Shown here piece after piece: positions 49,701-61,990 of a DNA stretch of 64,000 bases. The stretch spans positions 35,258-99,257 of the forward strand of contig NIVC01000805.1 in assembly GCA_002269645.1 (NCBI GenBank), written 5' to 3'. The notes beneath the pieces were generated by a model. It was given only the letters and a program-made list of their open reading frames with translations, was not told the origin of the DNA and did no database searches. Numbering within the stretch: the first letter of the stretch is position 1; each line of letters opens with the position of its first letter. Position numbers and translations under genes: made by a program. This DNA is from Macrostomum lignano. Lineage: Eukaryota.

Positions 49701-50895
49701 ACCTGTGAGAGACAGACTACTAACACCTGTTAGACACTGACTACTATTAACACCTGTTAGAGACAGACTACTAACACCTGTTAGACACTGACTACTATTA
49801 ACACCTGTGAGAGACAGACTACTAACACCTGTTAGACACTGACTACTATTAACACCTGTTAGAGACAGACTACTAACACCTGTTAGACACTGACTACTAT
49901 TAACACCTGTTAGAGACAGACTACTAACACCTGTTAGACACTGACTACTATTAACACCTGTTAGAGACAGACTACTAACACCTGTTAGACACTGACTACT
50001 ATTAACACCTGTTAGAGACAGACTACTAACACCTGTTAGACACTGACTACTATTAACACCTGTTAGAGACAGACTACTAACACCTGTTAGACAAGGACTA
50101 CTATAAACACCTGTTAGAGACAGACTACTAACACCTGTTAGACAAGGACTACTATAAACACCTGTTAGAGACAGACTACTAACACCTGTTAGACACTGAC
50201 TACTATTAACACCTGTGAGAGACAGACTACTAACACCTGTTAGACACTGACTACTATTAACACCTGTTAGAGACAGACTACTAACACCTGTTAGACACTG
50301 ACTACTATTAACACCTGTAAGAGACATACTACTAACACCTGTTAGACACTGACTACTATTAACACCTGTTAGAGACAGACTACTAACACCTGTTAGACAC
50401 TGACTACTATTAACACCTGTTAGAGACAGACTACTAACACCTGTTAGACACTGACTACTATTAACACCTGTTAGAGACAGACTACTAACACCTGTTAGAC
50501 ACTGACTACTATTAACACCTGTTAGAGACAGACTACTAACACCTGTTAGACAAGGACTACTATAAACACCTGTTAGAGACAGACTACTAACACCTGTTAG
50601 ACACTGACTACTATAAACACCTGTTAGAGACAGACTACTAACACCTGTTAGACACTGACTACTATTAACACCTGTGAGAGACAGACTACTAACACCTGTT
50701 AGACACTGACTACTATTAACACCTGTTAGAGACAGACTACTAACACCTGTTAGACACTGACTACTATTAACACCTGTTAGAGACAGACTACTAACACCTG
50801 TTAGACACTGACTACTATTAACACCTGTTAGAGACAGACTACTAACACCTGTTAGACACGGACTACTAACACCTGTTAGACACGGACTACTAACA
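46800..50895. repeat. 4.1-kb 51-bp higher-order repeat (24+27-bp subunits, core aacacctgttag) in BAZ1B intron 7
   Basis: About 80 dimers of aacacctgttagagacagactact + aacacctgttagacactgactactatt. The caagg/ataaa variant recurs in pairs at spacings that are multiples of 51. Confidence 0.97.
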
Positions 50896-50983
50896 CTGGT
50901 TAAGACACTGGTTAAGCTACATTCACAAATCTATAATATTAGACATGAGTTTTATAGTGTACTATTAGATATAGCAATCCTAC

Positions 50984-51476
50984 CTTCTTCGCTTCGCTTC
51001 CTCGGTGCAAGCAGCACCCTGGCCATCTCGGCGGCAGTATACTCGCTAACAGGCATATCAGTTAACAGCGTGCCAAGTTCTCTTCTACCGCCGGCAATAT
51101 TTTCATCTTGTAGCAGAGCTCTTAATAGCATAGTTAACAATTTGCTTAAATAAGCGTAACCGCTAGGCTCCTTAGACACCAGGGCTGCTAGGAGATTATC
51201 AACTGACAATGGGATATTTTCATCGCCAACTGTAGCAACCACCCCAGCAACATCGTCGTTAGCAGAAGCGGCGACAGAGTTCGGGCCGCTAGCAACCGAC
51301 GGAGCTAGCAGAGGCCGGTAGGCGCACATAAATTCGGCCAGCATAGCAGCTCGGCCCAGCTCGCTAGGCGGAAAATCCGGCGGTAATTCAATCGGCTTAG
51401 CCGTTGGCAGGCTTTTGGTCTCGGCTGATAGCAGCAGGCTGTCTTCGAAGCGGCGCTTCTTAGCGTCTAGCGTCAT
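50984..51476 (-). CDS. BAZ1B: BAZ1B-like exon 7 (DDT domain)
   Basis: KRRFED..LP..KPI.LP..LGRAAMLAEFMCAYRPLL matches the WSTF/ACF1 DDT start; acceptor ctcgcag|, donor G|GTAGGA. Confidence 0.92.
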
Positions 51477-51639
51477 CTGCGAGCGTTTGTGCGTGGGCGG
51501 GTTGTCAATATAACACGATATGTATTCGCTGCATATTTAACTTTGATGATAGCCGCTTTAATGTTTGTAGCTTAACTTATTATTGTATTGTCTATGGCTG
51601 TCGTCGGCACTTTGTATTTCATTACTGGCCTATGGGGTA

Positions 51640-52490
51640 TGGGATTAAACTGGCTGTAGGATTCTGATTAGGGATAGGGATAATTTGAACTGGCTATGGC
51701 TTCTAATTAGGGATGGGGATAACTAAACTGGCGATGGGATTCTAATTAGGGATGGGGATAACTAAACTGGCGATGGGATTCTGATTAGGGATGGGGATAA
51801 CTAAACTGGCTATGGGATTCTGATTAGGGATGGGGATAACTAAACTGGCTATGAGATTCTAATTAGGGATGGGAATAACTAAACTGGCTATGGGATTCTA
51901 ATTAGGGGTGGGGATAACTAAACTGGCTATGGGATTCTGATTAGGGATGGGGATAACTAAACTGGCTATGAGATTCTAATTAGGGATGGGGATAACTAAA
52001 CTGGCTATGGGATTCTGATTAGGGATGGGGATAACTAAACTGGCTATGGGATTATGGTTCAGTAGGGATATCTTAACTGGCTATGGGATTCTGGTTTAGG
52101 TGGGGATATCTTAACTGGCTATGGGATTCTGGTTTAGGTGGGGATATCTTAACTGGCTATGGGATTCTGGTTTAGTGTGGATATCTTAACTGGCTATGGG
52201 ATTATGGTTCAGTAGGGATATCTTAACTGGCTATGGGATTCTGGTTTAGTGGGATATCTTAACTGGCTATGGGATTCTGGTTTAGTGGGGATATCTTAAC
52301 TGGCTATGGGATTCTGGTTTAGTGGGGATTAACTGGCTATGGGATTCTGGTTTAGTGGGGATATCTTAACTGGCTATGGGATTCTGGTTTAGTGGGGATA
52401 TCTTAACTGGCTATGGGATTCTGGTTTAGTGGGGATATCTTAACTGGCTATGGGATTCTGGTTTAGTGGGGATATCTTAACTGGCTACAG
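51640..52490. repeat. Two-part minisatellite (39-bp unit switching to a 37-38-bp unit, shared core actggctatgggattct)
   Basis: The unit changes at about 52050. Confidence 0.93.
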
Positions 52491-52595
52491 GATTTTTAAT
52501 CCAACAATTAGGGATAGTTAAACTAGTTATGGGACTATAAATGTACATTTTAAAAGTTACATTTCTACAGAGCAAACGAATACAAAGACTCTAAC

Positions 52596-52931
52596 CTTAG
52601 CTTTAAGCTTGGCCTCCTCTCGTTTAGCCTTCTTATACTCCTCACGCTGCTCCGGCGTCATGGCTTCAATGCGTTTCCTCTCGTTAAGCCTGGCCTGCAC
52701 AGCTCGCAGGCGTTCCCGAACAGCCATCGGCAGTGCGGTGACCTGACGCTCAGTTAACACCTGGGCGCATTTATTAAGCAGCACTTTAATCATCTGTTCT
52801 GACCGTTCCATTTTAACTGCCCGAACCAGCTTTAATCCAATTGGTGGCAATTGTTGCAGAGCTCGACTACTTGGAGTTTTACTACCGGAAGCCGTAGCGC
52901 CGCCTGGCATCACCTTGAACGGCGATTTGCC
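52596..52931 (-). CDS. BAZ1B: BAZ1B-like exon 6 (basic/coiled-coil region)
   Basis: Acceptor tttgcag|, donor AAG|GTTAGA, phase 0; LNERKRIEAMTPEQREEYKKAKREE resembles the WSTF coiled-coil region. Confidence 0.85.
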
Positions 52932-53325
52932 CTGCAAAAAGAAATTATTTTATATTTACGTATAGGACTACTAATTTAGCTAGCTAAGTAGTCTGAGAGC
53001 ATTATAAGTTAAGAAGACTTGGTTTGGGTTAGTAACTTAGTACACGCACACTTATTATATAGTCTTTTAAAATCAATTATAATTCGCAAGCCAAGTTGTC
53101 TAGTCATTCGCCGACAGTGTTATAAGTTAAGCAAAGTCGGTTTGGGTTAGTACATAGTTTAATATGCCATAAATACTTCTCAGAAAATACATGATACTAC
53201 TACTTTTCAAGTCGATAAGTAGTGCAGTTTAGTTGATCTCGGTTAGATACAACTCTACGAGTTAGTGGTTCCTGACACAAATTTGTACAACATAGAGAAC
53301 AAGCAAAGCGCCTATTTGAGCTGAC

Positions 53326-53713
53326 CTTCAAGTCGAACAGCGTCATTTGCTTCATCTTCTTGCCGCCGGCGCCAGCGGCGGCTGACGATCCGGCGGCGTC
53401 TTTGCGCCGCTTCTTTGACGAACCAGCACCAGCCGTGTCGCCGTTAGCAGTGGGAGCGGCATTGGCACCGCCGGATTTTCTCGCCGCCGGCAAGCCGTCC
53501 AGTTTGCGTAAGGCGTCAATCTCAGATTCGACGCTATTTAGCATAACCTGATGCTTATCCAATACTAAATCGGCAATTTTCGGGCGCAATCGATACTTCT
53601 TAACTAGATCCTCGTCGACAATCCACGGGCCCGTGTTGTTGGAGCCGTAGCGCAGGGCGCTGGCCCGAATGAATAGGCGAATATTCTCCTTCGACGGCAT
53701 GCGTGTCTCGCGG
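53326..53713 (-). CDS. BAZ1B: BAZ1B-like exon 5
   Basis: PSKENIRLFIRASALR..GPWIVDEDLVKKY.L..K and KMKQMTL are blocks characteristic of WSTF/BAZ1B. Confidence 0.92.
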
Positions 53714-53808
53714 CTAAATAATTATTAAGACAGCACAAAAAAGATGATAATATTCTTTACTTGCCTACTGTTAGTAGATAAAATCTGGAATTTAAGCGCG
53801 TCACTTAC

Positions 53809-53885
53809 ACAATGGCTGAAGCTGGAACCCGAGAAATCACCTGGTGCTCGTCGTCGTCCAATTGAATTGCGTAGGTGAATGGCAA
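53809..53885 (-). CDS. BAZ1B: BAZ1B-like exon 4
   Basis: LPFTYAIQLDDDEHQVISRVPASAI, similar to WSTF LPHKY.V.L...IIS.VPA; acceptor ttttag|, donor GT|GTAAGT. Confidence 0.85.
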
Positions 53886-54044
53886 CTAAAATAAATTAAA
53901 GCAAGGAAATCTGTGTGTTTAGACTTAGTCGCATAATAAGATAACCGATATGTATCGTAGACAACTTTTTACACTACAATTAACATGAGCGCGGATGAAA
54001 AATTCGACTTAAATAAAAAACAAATACGGTTTTGTCTTTGTATG

Positions 54045-54325
54045 GAATCAATGGGATCCCAGTCAGAGGGAATTAGCAGTCAATGGGAATCCCAATCGAT
54101 GGGAATCCCCAGTCAGTAGGAAATCCCAGTCGGTAAGAAATCCCAATTAGTGGGAATCCCGTCAGTGGGAATTCCAATCAATGGGAGTCCCCAGTCTGTA
54201 AGGAACCCCACTCAGTTGGAATTCCCTGTCAGTGGGAATCCCCAGTCAGTGGAAAGCCCCAGTCAGTGGAAATCCTCAGTCAGTGGAAATCCCAATCAAT
54301 GGGAATCCCTAGTCAGTGGAATCCC
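54045..54325. repeat. about 19-bp minisatellite (gggaatccccagtcagt)
   Basis: About 14 degenerate copies. Confidence 0.85.
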
Positions 54326-54337
54326 ACTTGCACTCAC

Positions 54338-54632
54338 CAGAGTAACCTTCTGTGGTGGACTTTTATTTTTATTCTCCTTATCTTGACCGGGCGATTCAGA
54401 TTTCTTATCGGCTGATGTAGCGCCAGCTGCAGAGGCGCCGGCTTCATCTTTAGCCGGAGAAGCAGTAGCAGAACCGCTGCAACCATTCTGGTTACTATTA
54501 GAAGCAGTAGAAGCGTTAGCTGCCGCTGTGGCCGAAGTATTAGAGGCAGATTCAGCGCCAGCAGACGAAGCGGATGGTGAAGTTGCCTGCGGTACCGCCG
54601 GCTCATCTTTGCGATAAATTGTACCTTTGATT
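54338..54632 (-). CDS. BAZ1B: BAZ1B-like exon 3 (Ser/Ala-rich insert)
   Basis: Acceptor ttaccag|, donor CTG|GTGAGT; phases fit. Confidence 0.8.
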
Positions 54633-54741
54633 CTGGTAAAAACAGAGGAAAAGCAAATAATAGGCGATATGTATCGAAAAACAACTTTCAAAAGCACGCA
54701 GCAACACACTTTATAGAGACTACAAAAAAACAAAAACTTAC

Positions 54742-54847
54742 ATTTTATCGCGAACTTTATTTTTTAGGCAAACCGGCTCGTCTAAGTAAAACTCTTGATG
54801 CAATTTGCGATAGACGCGGTTCACTGCGTTATCGATTGTGTCCGTGC
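54742..54847 (-). CDS. BAZ1B: BAZ1B-like exon 2
   Basis: TDTIDNAVNRVYRKLHQEFYLDEPV continues the WAC domain; acceptor cggcag|, donor AT|GTAAGT. Confidence 0.82.
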
Positions 54848-54887
54848 CTGCCGTTTAGAGAGCGGGGTTGCTATTGAACTTAGACCG

Positions 54888-55575
54888 GCAACTGAGGATC
54901 TGGGAGGCTGGCCCTAGCAACTGAGGATCTAGGAGGCTGGCCCTAGCAACTGAGGATCTAGGAGGCTGGCCCTAGCAACTGAGGATCTAGGAGGCTGGCC
55001 CTAGCAACTGAGGATCTAGGAGGCTGGCCCTAGCAACTGAGGATCTGGGAGGCTGGCCCAGCAACTGAGGATCTAGGAGGCTGGCCCTAGCAACTGAGGA
55101 TCTAGGAGGTTGGCCCTAGCAACTGAGGATCTGGGAGGCTGGCCCTAGCAACTGAGGATCTAGGAGGCTGGCCCTAGCAACTGAGGATCTAGGAGGCTGG
55201 CCCTAGCAACTGAGGATCTGGGAGGCTGGCCCAGCAACTGAGGATCTAGGAGGCTGGCCCTAGCAACTGAGGATCTAGGAGGCTGGCCCTAGCAACTGAG
55301 GATCTGGGAGGCTGACCCAGCAACTGAGGATCTGGGAGGCTGGCCTTAGTGGCCTAGCAACTGAGGATCTGGGAGGCTGGCCCTAGCAATTGATGATCTG
55401 GGAGGCTGGCCCTAGCAACTGAGGATCTGGGAGGCTGGCCTAGCAACTGAGGATCTGGGAGGCTGGCCCTAGCAATTGATGATCTGGGAGGCTGGCCCTA
55501 GCAACTGAGGATCTGGGAGGCTGGCCCAGCAACTGAGGATCTGGGAGGCTGGCCCAGCAACTGAGGATCTGGGAG
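54888..55575. repeat. 29-bp minisatellite (ctgaggatctaggaggctggccctagcaa)
   Basis: About 23 copies with tg/ta variants. Confidence 0.95.
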
Positions 55576-55614
55576 GGCGGGTTTCCTGGAAGCCAATAAA
55601 CAAGTTCAACTCAC

Positions 55615-55969
55615 TGTGATGCACAATCTCCAAAGCAGCCTGAACATAGTACTTGGGAAACAGCTTCTTCAACAGTCTCTGGCAGGACTTCTCAGACTTG
55701 ACAGCGTCCTTATAACTGAGACAGCTGCGGCCAGTGCAACGGCAAGTCCAAATTGGCTCGGCATAGATTCGATTCTTTCGTTCCAATTCGCCGGCGCTGC
55801 TGCAGATCTCCTGGGTGATGTCCGCCACGAATTCGTGCTGCCGCTGCTGGCCAGACTTAGTTGGAGAGTCCGGAGGTGGAGCAGTACTGGTCTGAGCTGT
55901 GCTGGGCCGCTTGCGTTCCTTTTTAACCAACTTATTGAGCACGTGCGGCCGCGAACCAAGTAGCGGCAT
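55615..55969 (-). CDS. BAZ1B: BAZ1B-like exon 1 (WAC domain)
   Basis: MPLLGSRP..IWTCRCTGRSCLSYKDAVKSE..LLKKLFP.YY...LEIVHH matches WAC, and is closer to the WSTF pattern (IWTC..TG...FP.WY...LEMVHH); donor A|GTGAGT. Confidence 0.93.
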
Positions 55970-57353
55970 GGCTAAATTGATTGATCTAGATCAGCTCCAA
56001 AGCTGGCCCTTGCTTTGTCAGTTAATTTCTATTTAATTTCTCTCTGTTGCCGCCTACCTTTTGAGTCAATGTATAGTAAGTGAACCAAGCAGGAAATTAT
56101 GAGTTTATTAGACCTTCACAAATTAATTGGCATTTTGATATCATTAGTAAAACAAAAATTATAAACTAGATACACTGTTTCTTAGAAATTATTAGACCAA
56201 AATTTAGGAAACATAATTTTCTTATATTGCTACAATAGAAAGGCATATTATTAAAAGTAGAATCAAATTAATTAAAGTATGCTCACTAGACATTTCTATG
56301 AAGTATTAAAAGTTGCAAATATAAACTTTTAATGACTTTTCATAACAAAATTTTATAAGTAAAGACAGGTTGCTAGATGAGTAGTTTCACAGATAGGTTA
56401 ATTATGATACCAAAAATTATAAAGTTAGTATTAGAGATGACAACATCAATACATGTGCAACCCCCCCCCCCCTGATTTACACTAGCTATGCAACTAATTT
56501 TTGGACCAAAAGAGTGACTTACCTACCGGGTATGAAAGAAACCTAACTCCTAAAAAATAATAATGCAATTTTGGGTAAATGGCAAGAGTAACTAGAGTGC
56601 ATTATTAAGGCTAAATGCTTTGTTGTTTAATTACTTCAGTAATACTAATACTAGTAATACTACTAAGTCTGGTTTTAGAGTGGGAATTTTTGTGACTTAC
56701 CTTGGCTTGGCCTCTTGCCAGTTGGCCAGCTCAGTCAGGTGTTGTGCATATATGGATGGCAAGGTAGTTCTTTTTTAACTATGTATACTTTTAGTTTTTA
56801 ATAAAGCTTTTGTAAAATTGTAAGTTTTTATAGAAATTTCATATAATAGAGCTCTAATAGTTGTTTTTGTTTATAGCTGAATAAATTTTTTAATGCTAAT
56901 TTTGAACAATATACCAGGTAGATATTGCACCACAACTTTTTCATTTTGCACTTTATTAAGGTAAAATTTGATTTTTAAAAAAATTATAAATATACAAAGG
57001 CCATTAGTAGGATTTTTAAAAGTTAAAATATTATAGTTTTTTGCATTAATAAGTATGCCACTAAGTGCAATGCCACTATCACCTTTGCCATTGCTATTAT
57101 TGCTGATTTAGCATTGTTATTATCATCAGGTGCCTATACTGCTATACAAACAAGGTAAGATTGTATATACTAAACAAGTACCTATAAGATTTATACTAAC
57201 ATAACTTATAACAATCTTGTTTCCTGATTAGGGTATATAATTTCCTTGCTAAATATACTAAAAATGGTCTTTTCCTTGCTAAAAGTATAGTACATTTTAA
57301 ATTTGGTTTTGTAACCTATACTATATTATAAGGAATGCTAGTATATCCTGCTA

Positions 57354-57427
57354 GGGGGGCTGTAGCCTAGCGGTCTAGTGCAGGCTCTGGTGTGCCAGCA
57401 ACCCAGGCTCAATTCCAAGTGTAGTCA
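57354..57427 (+). pseudogene. Degenerate tRNA-like sequence / SINE head
   Basis: A-box-like TAGCCTAGCGG and B-box-like GGCTCAATTCC at tRNA spacing; stems broken. Confidence 0.35.
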
Positions 57428-57969
57428 CATTAATTTGGGGCTGAATTGGAATCTGAGCTTGGCTCTGCTTGTGCAATTAATGGCCTTGAGAGCCAACCCC
57501 CAAGGCGCAGTGAAGTGTACATGCCTAACGATAAAATAAAGTTAGGGCTGCTGTACACTCCTGTGTGAGTATGTGCCTGCATACGTATCCGCATGCTTGT
57601 ATGCCTGCTCAGGGGAGTTGGCGGAATGGGCAGTAATGCCTCTTGCCAGTTGTATGCCTTTGTCATTTAAAGTGTGCCAGGGTATACACAACCCCTTGCC
57701 TCTAATAAAAAAGTATATTCTGCTTCTAAAGCTAGCTGCAGAGTAGGGATCAAAGTGTTATAAAAAACCATTTGCAAATACATTAGGAAATACTACATAC
57801 TGGATACTATAGTCCTATTTTATGACCACAAAGACATCTGCTAAAGATGTTTAGGCTATAAGGCATCAGCTTATTCTCTCCTATCATTATCTTTTTGACC
57901 TATATATTTATTCTTGTATATTTTTGTAACAATAACTTTTGTATTTGTAGTTTACTTAATAAAAACAAG

Positions 57970-58010
<41 letters not shown>

Positions 58011-59614
58011 TTCTTTTATATTATCTATAATAAATACATCTTGTATCTATCTGGATGACTTAATATGTTCATAAATTTTTATACTTATGAATGACTAAGG
58101 CATTGCATCATACACACAAGGGTGCTAGCTATATTGGTAAAACAGACATTTTAGCAAAAGCCACCAGTGAAAAGATATTATTTTTGGCAAAAGCCATACT
58201 GATATATTAGAATTTGAAATTGTACTTGGTTTAAACAAAAGGATTAGGTAATTAAATAGTGTATATTAGACATAGTATTTAAAAGCTATTAAAAATAAAA
58301 ACTTTATATGCATACATGTGACATTGTGATTTAGAGTGCTTAATGCTTTAGAACACATAATTGGTTTTTAGTTCTAAATTTTTAGTATAGTAAATATGAA
58401 ATGCTCCTAACTGCATGCTTACCATTTGTATATACCCTTTTTTCCTAAATGACTAATAATATCTAACTTTTGCTAAAATGTCCCTTGCCAAAGTGTCTTT
58501 CTACTAAAATGACTATAACCTATATATACTCGTATAACCTTATATCTAAGACCAAGCTAAAGTGCTATTTATATTGTTACTACAATCTTAAGCTCATGTT
58601 TCTTATTTAATATTCTAGATAGCTAGATAATTATACATATACAGTTTTCACTATAGGTACAAATAATATTTATTTATCATTAGGCTTTTTAGTTTTCTAG
58701 ATAATAGAAAATAGAGATACTATATAATATCTTGACTCTATAGTCTGGATCATATTGGGTGCAAGGCCAAACAAAAAATTAGTGTTCCACTGTAGCCATA
58801 GCTATGGCTGCGGGATCCTAGGGAAAATATGGTAAAATAGGTGCCTACAGCAGCTACAGAAAAGCTTATAGTAGCTAGCTGCTTTTATAGCTACGACTAC
58901 AGAAATATGGTAGTTGCTGTTATATTCTATAGATTCACATAGCTGTAGTTGCACCAGGTTATCTTTTTGATTTAAAATATTTTCTTTTCTAGACTTTTGT
59001 TAAAACTATGGCTATAGCTACAGGAACTATGGGAATATGGTAATATTGGGGTCCTTATGGCTATAGAATATGGAGAATTAGAATAAGCCATAGCTTTGCT
59101 TATGGCTATGGTACATGGACCCTCCTTACAGCGGAATGCTACAAAAATTGAATAGTTTCAAATGCATGCCAAAAAAATTTGGTGCATACTCACACTCAAA
59201 TTTAAGAATCTAGGCTGGTGTTGCAATAATATACAACCTTTTTAGGTTGTATACAGGATCCTAAAAAGTTGTATAAAGGTTGATAATTTGGTTGATTAAT
59301 TATTTTTTCGTGCTTATACCATTTACAACAGAAAATCATTTGTTTAAATGCCTTATTGCAAGTTTTAAAACTGGAAATCTTGACACTAGACATTAGTTTA
59401 CACTAGATGTGCATGTATACTATTTTCTTAGGAGTCATACATGCCAACTATGCATATCTAAATTTTACTAGATACTATATGATCTAGAATGTGGCCTTGA
59501 CCTAATTAAATCATACTCTAAAATTGAAATTAGATGCAATTTTGTATCCTGCCACTTTGTACTAGCAAAAACAAAGGAATAATATACAATAGTGGCCTAA
59601 GTCTAATAATATAA

Positions 59615-60245
59615 GGCTTCTAGTCAATTTGGCAACAAGATAATCTGGCAGCAACAGATAATCTAATGACCATCAAAGTGGCAACAGACAATCTGGAAAA
59701 TTTTTTTTGTAGATTTTAGGACTATATCTAATGTTTTATGCATATGTAATGCTTTTGGTCTAATCTAGAATGTGTCAATTCTAACATAAGTTACTATGAT
59801 AATAAATTTTATCTTTTAAGTTAAACTTAATACTATTTATTATGGCCTATATTACAAATATTTAATATTATACATAAATGTCTTATACATAAATTTGACA
59901 TAATTTATAGTCATTTATTTGTTGCTACATATAAATTATACAAATAAAAGCTTTTAGGCAATAAATCATTAAGATTATTTTTCCTTTTAACAATAGGCTT
60001 AGACCTATTTGAGAATTAAAGAAACAAAAAATTTCTGGTTGCATTGCAACTTCTATGTATGCATATAATCTGCAAAATTAGTTTTAGAAATTTTGCATAG
60101 ATAAGTTTGCAAAATATAATAATAATAATGATATTAAGGCCTAGTATTAAGCCTACCTAGCTATAATAATCTCTACATTAAAGATCATTTGTCACTAAAA
60201 CATCTGTCACTGGATTGTCTTGTCACCAGATTGACTAGATAGGCC
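59615..60245. mobile_element. Old non-autonomous element of the same TIR family as the adjacent MULE, heavily C>T/G>A mutated
   Basis: Left end ggcttctagtcaatttggcaacaagataatctggca and right end tctgtcactggattgtcttgtcaccagattgactagata are deaminated versions of the MULE TIRs. Confidence 0.65.
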
Positions 60246-60974
60246 TACTGGTATCCAGTCAATCCAGCGACAAGACGATCCGGCGACAGACAATCCGGCG
60301 ACAGACAATCTGGCGACAGATATTAAATCAAGATATATCAGCATATAGTTAAGCTATTATTTTTAGCTCTTTATTATTACTTAGTAATACTTAAATAATT
60401 AAATAACAATTACCTGAACTATAATTTTTGCAGTTTTATTTTTACAGCTGTACATAGCTGTTGATTTTCAAAATTTTATTTTCAAATAAAGGTTGTGTTT
60501 TGCCGGCTAATATTTCTGGATCATTTTAGCTAATTTCTAGATTAATTTCTTTCTGAATACAATTTTATCAGTTAAATCTGCTTGGAAATCAAATTTGTAT
60601 GACTATGATCCAATATTATATTCTACACTATTTGCATTTTCGCATGTACATGTAAATATAAATCCCATTTGCCAATCTGAACACAACTGAACATTGAACA
60701 CATTGAACACTGAATATATTTCACATTTTAAAACATCGAGATAGATGATTAATGTTTTGTAATCATTTTTTTTCTTTTTTTAAAATTGTCACTTTACTTT
60801 TAAGCATAAGTGATCAGTGGTTAGGCCTACATGTATGAAAAATGCTTCATTAATCTAAAATTAAAAATATATATAGGTAATAAAAGAAAAATTTGTATTA
60901 GGTGCAGAAAAGTCATGAATGATTGAATATTTTGATCTCTAATGCATGTACATGTATCTCCAATAACATTTCAG

Positions 60975-61204
60975 CCTCGACAGTCTGCTAGTATCTGTCC
61001 CCATTGTGGGGCAAAGGTGACTGGGTAGCAGTTTGCCATTGAATGTGATAAGTGCTACTGCTGGTTTCACCTAAAGTGTCAGACAGGTGTGACTGGAGCA
61101 GAGTATCGCCACCTACTAAAGTCAGGAGCTGACTTTGAATGGACATGCACAGGGTGCAAGGCTGAAGCTGAGGTTGTGGCTGTGGCTGCTGAGGCTAGGG
61201 CTAA
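60975..61204 (+). pseudogene. PHD-finger exon of the MULE (one in-frame TAG)
   Basis: CPHC..*QFAIECDKCYCWFHLKC..FEWTCTGC is a C4HC3 PHD; TAG at 61026; acceptor atttcag|, donor AA|GTAAGT. Confidence 0.75.
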
Positions 61205-61207
61205 GTA

Positions 61208-61990
61208 AGTGCCTGTGCTGTTTGCACTGATGAGTGGTCGACAGTGCCACGACTACAGCCTCGTTTTTGCAGAAGGCAGCACTCCCACATGTGGCTCCAC
61301 GGAGCATCATGCTCGACTTTGAGGCCACAGTGTGGCAGGCAGCGAGAGCAGCCTACCCTGGCGTGGCCATTTGCAGCTGCGGTTTTCACTTTTTGCAGGT
61401 TATAGTAATGGAATGGGTAGGGTGTGGGGTATACCATATGGGATTCTATAATAGAACTCGCTCATTTTGCAGGCTGTCTGGCGGCACATCTAGGCACTTG
61501 GACTGCAGCAAGCATACTGTGCAGACGAAGGCACGCAAGACGTCGTTGTCTGCAGGCAGCTGATGGCGCTGCCCTTTCTCCCAGCTGATGTCATCACCCG
61601 TACATTCTTTAGGCTGAGAGCGGACGTCCAGAGCAACGATCTGAACACTCTGTTCGATTATGTACATGATACATGGCTGCAGAGCACTGTTTGGCAGGTG
61701 GCAGACCTCAGCGTCTACCAGCAGGCAGTACGCACGAACAATGACACCGAGGGCTGGCATCGACGGCTTAATCGTCGTGCACAACGCGGACGCCTGCAAT
61801 TTTACCTACCTGTAAAGTTGCTGCATGACAAAAGTCGTGCATGTGAAATGGAAGTGAGGCTGATCCACCAGGGCATACAGCATTGAAGGCAGCGCGGCGC
61901 GTACCAACACGTACAGAAACTGTGCTTCTGGCTGTGGGCAGAGTACCCATGTGGTGAGCGCTCGCGTTACAGCTGCTGCAAGAGTGCAGC
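61208..61990 (+). pseudogene. Partial MULE transposase with a 74-bp intron (61399-61472), a frameshift and stops
   Basis: PVLFALM..Y, IMLDFE, CGFHFLQ|AVWRHI*ALGL, LMALPFLP, FDYVHDTWL and RTNNDTEGWHRRLN are MULE/Mutator catalytic-domain blocks. Confidence 0.85.

Noticed and set aside
46998-50327. 1109-aa ORF and the other long ORFs over arrays (8952-9482, 25181-26629, 29002-29486, 33180-36795 etc.)
   Set aside because: These are translations of stop-free tandem repeats lying inside introns or intergenic DNA; they have no domain content.
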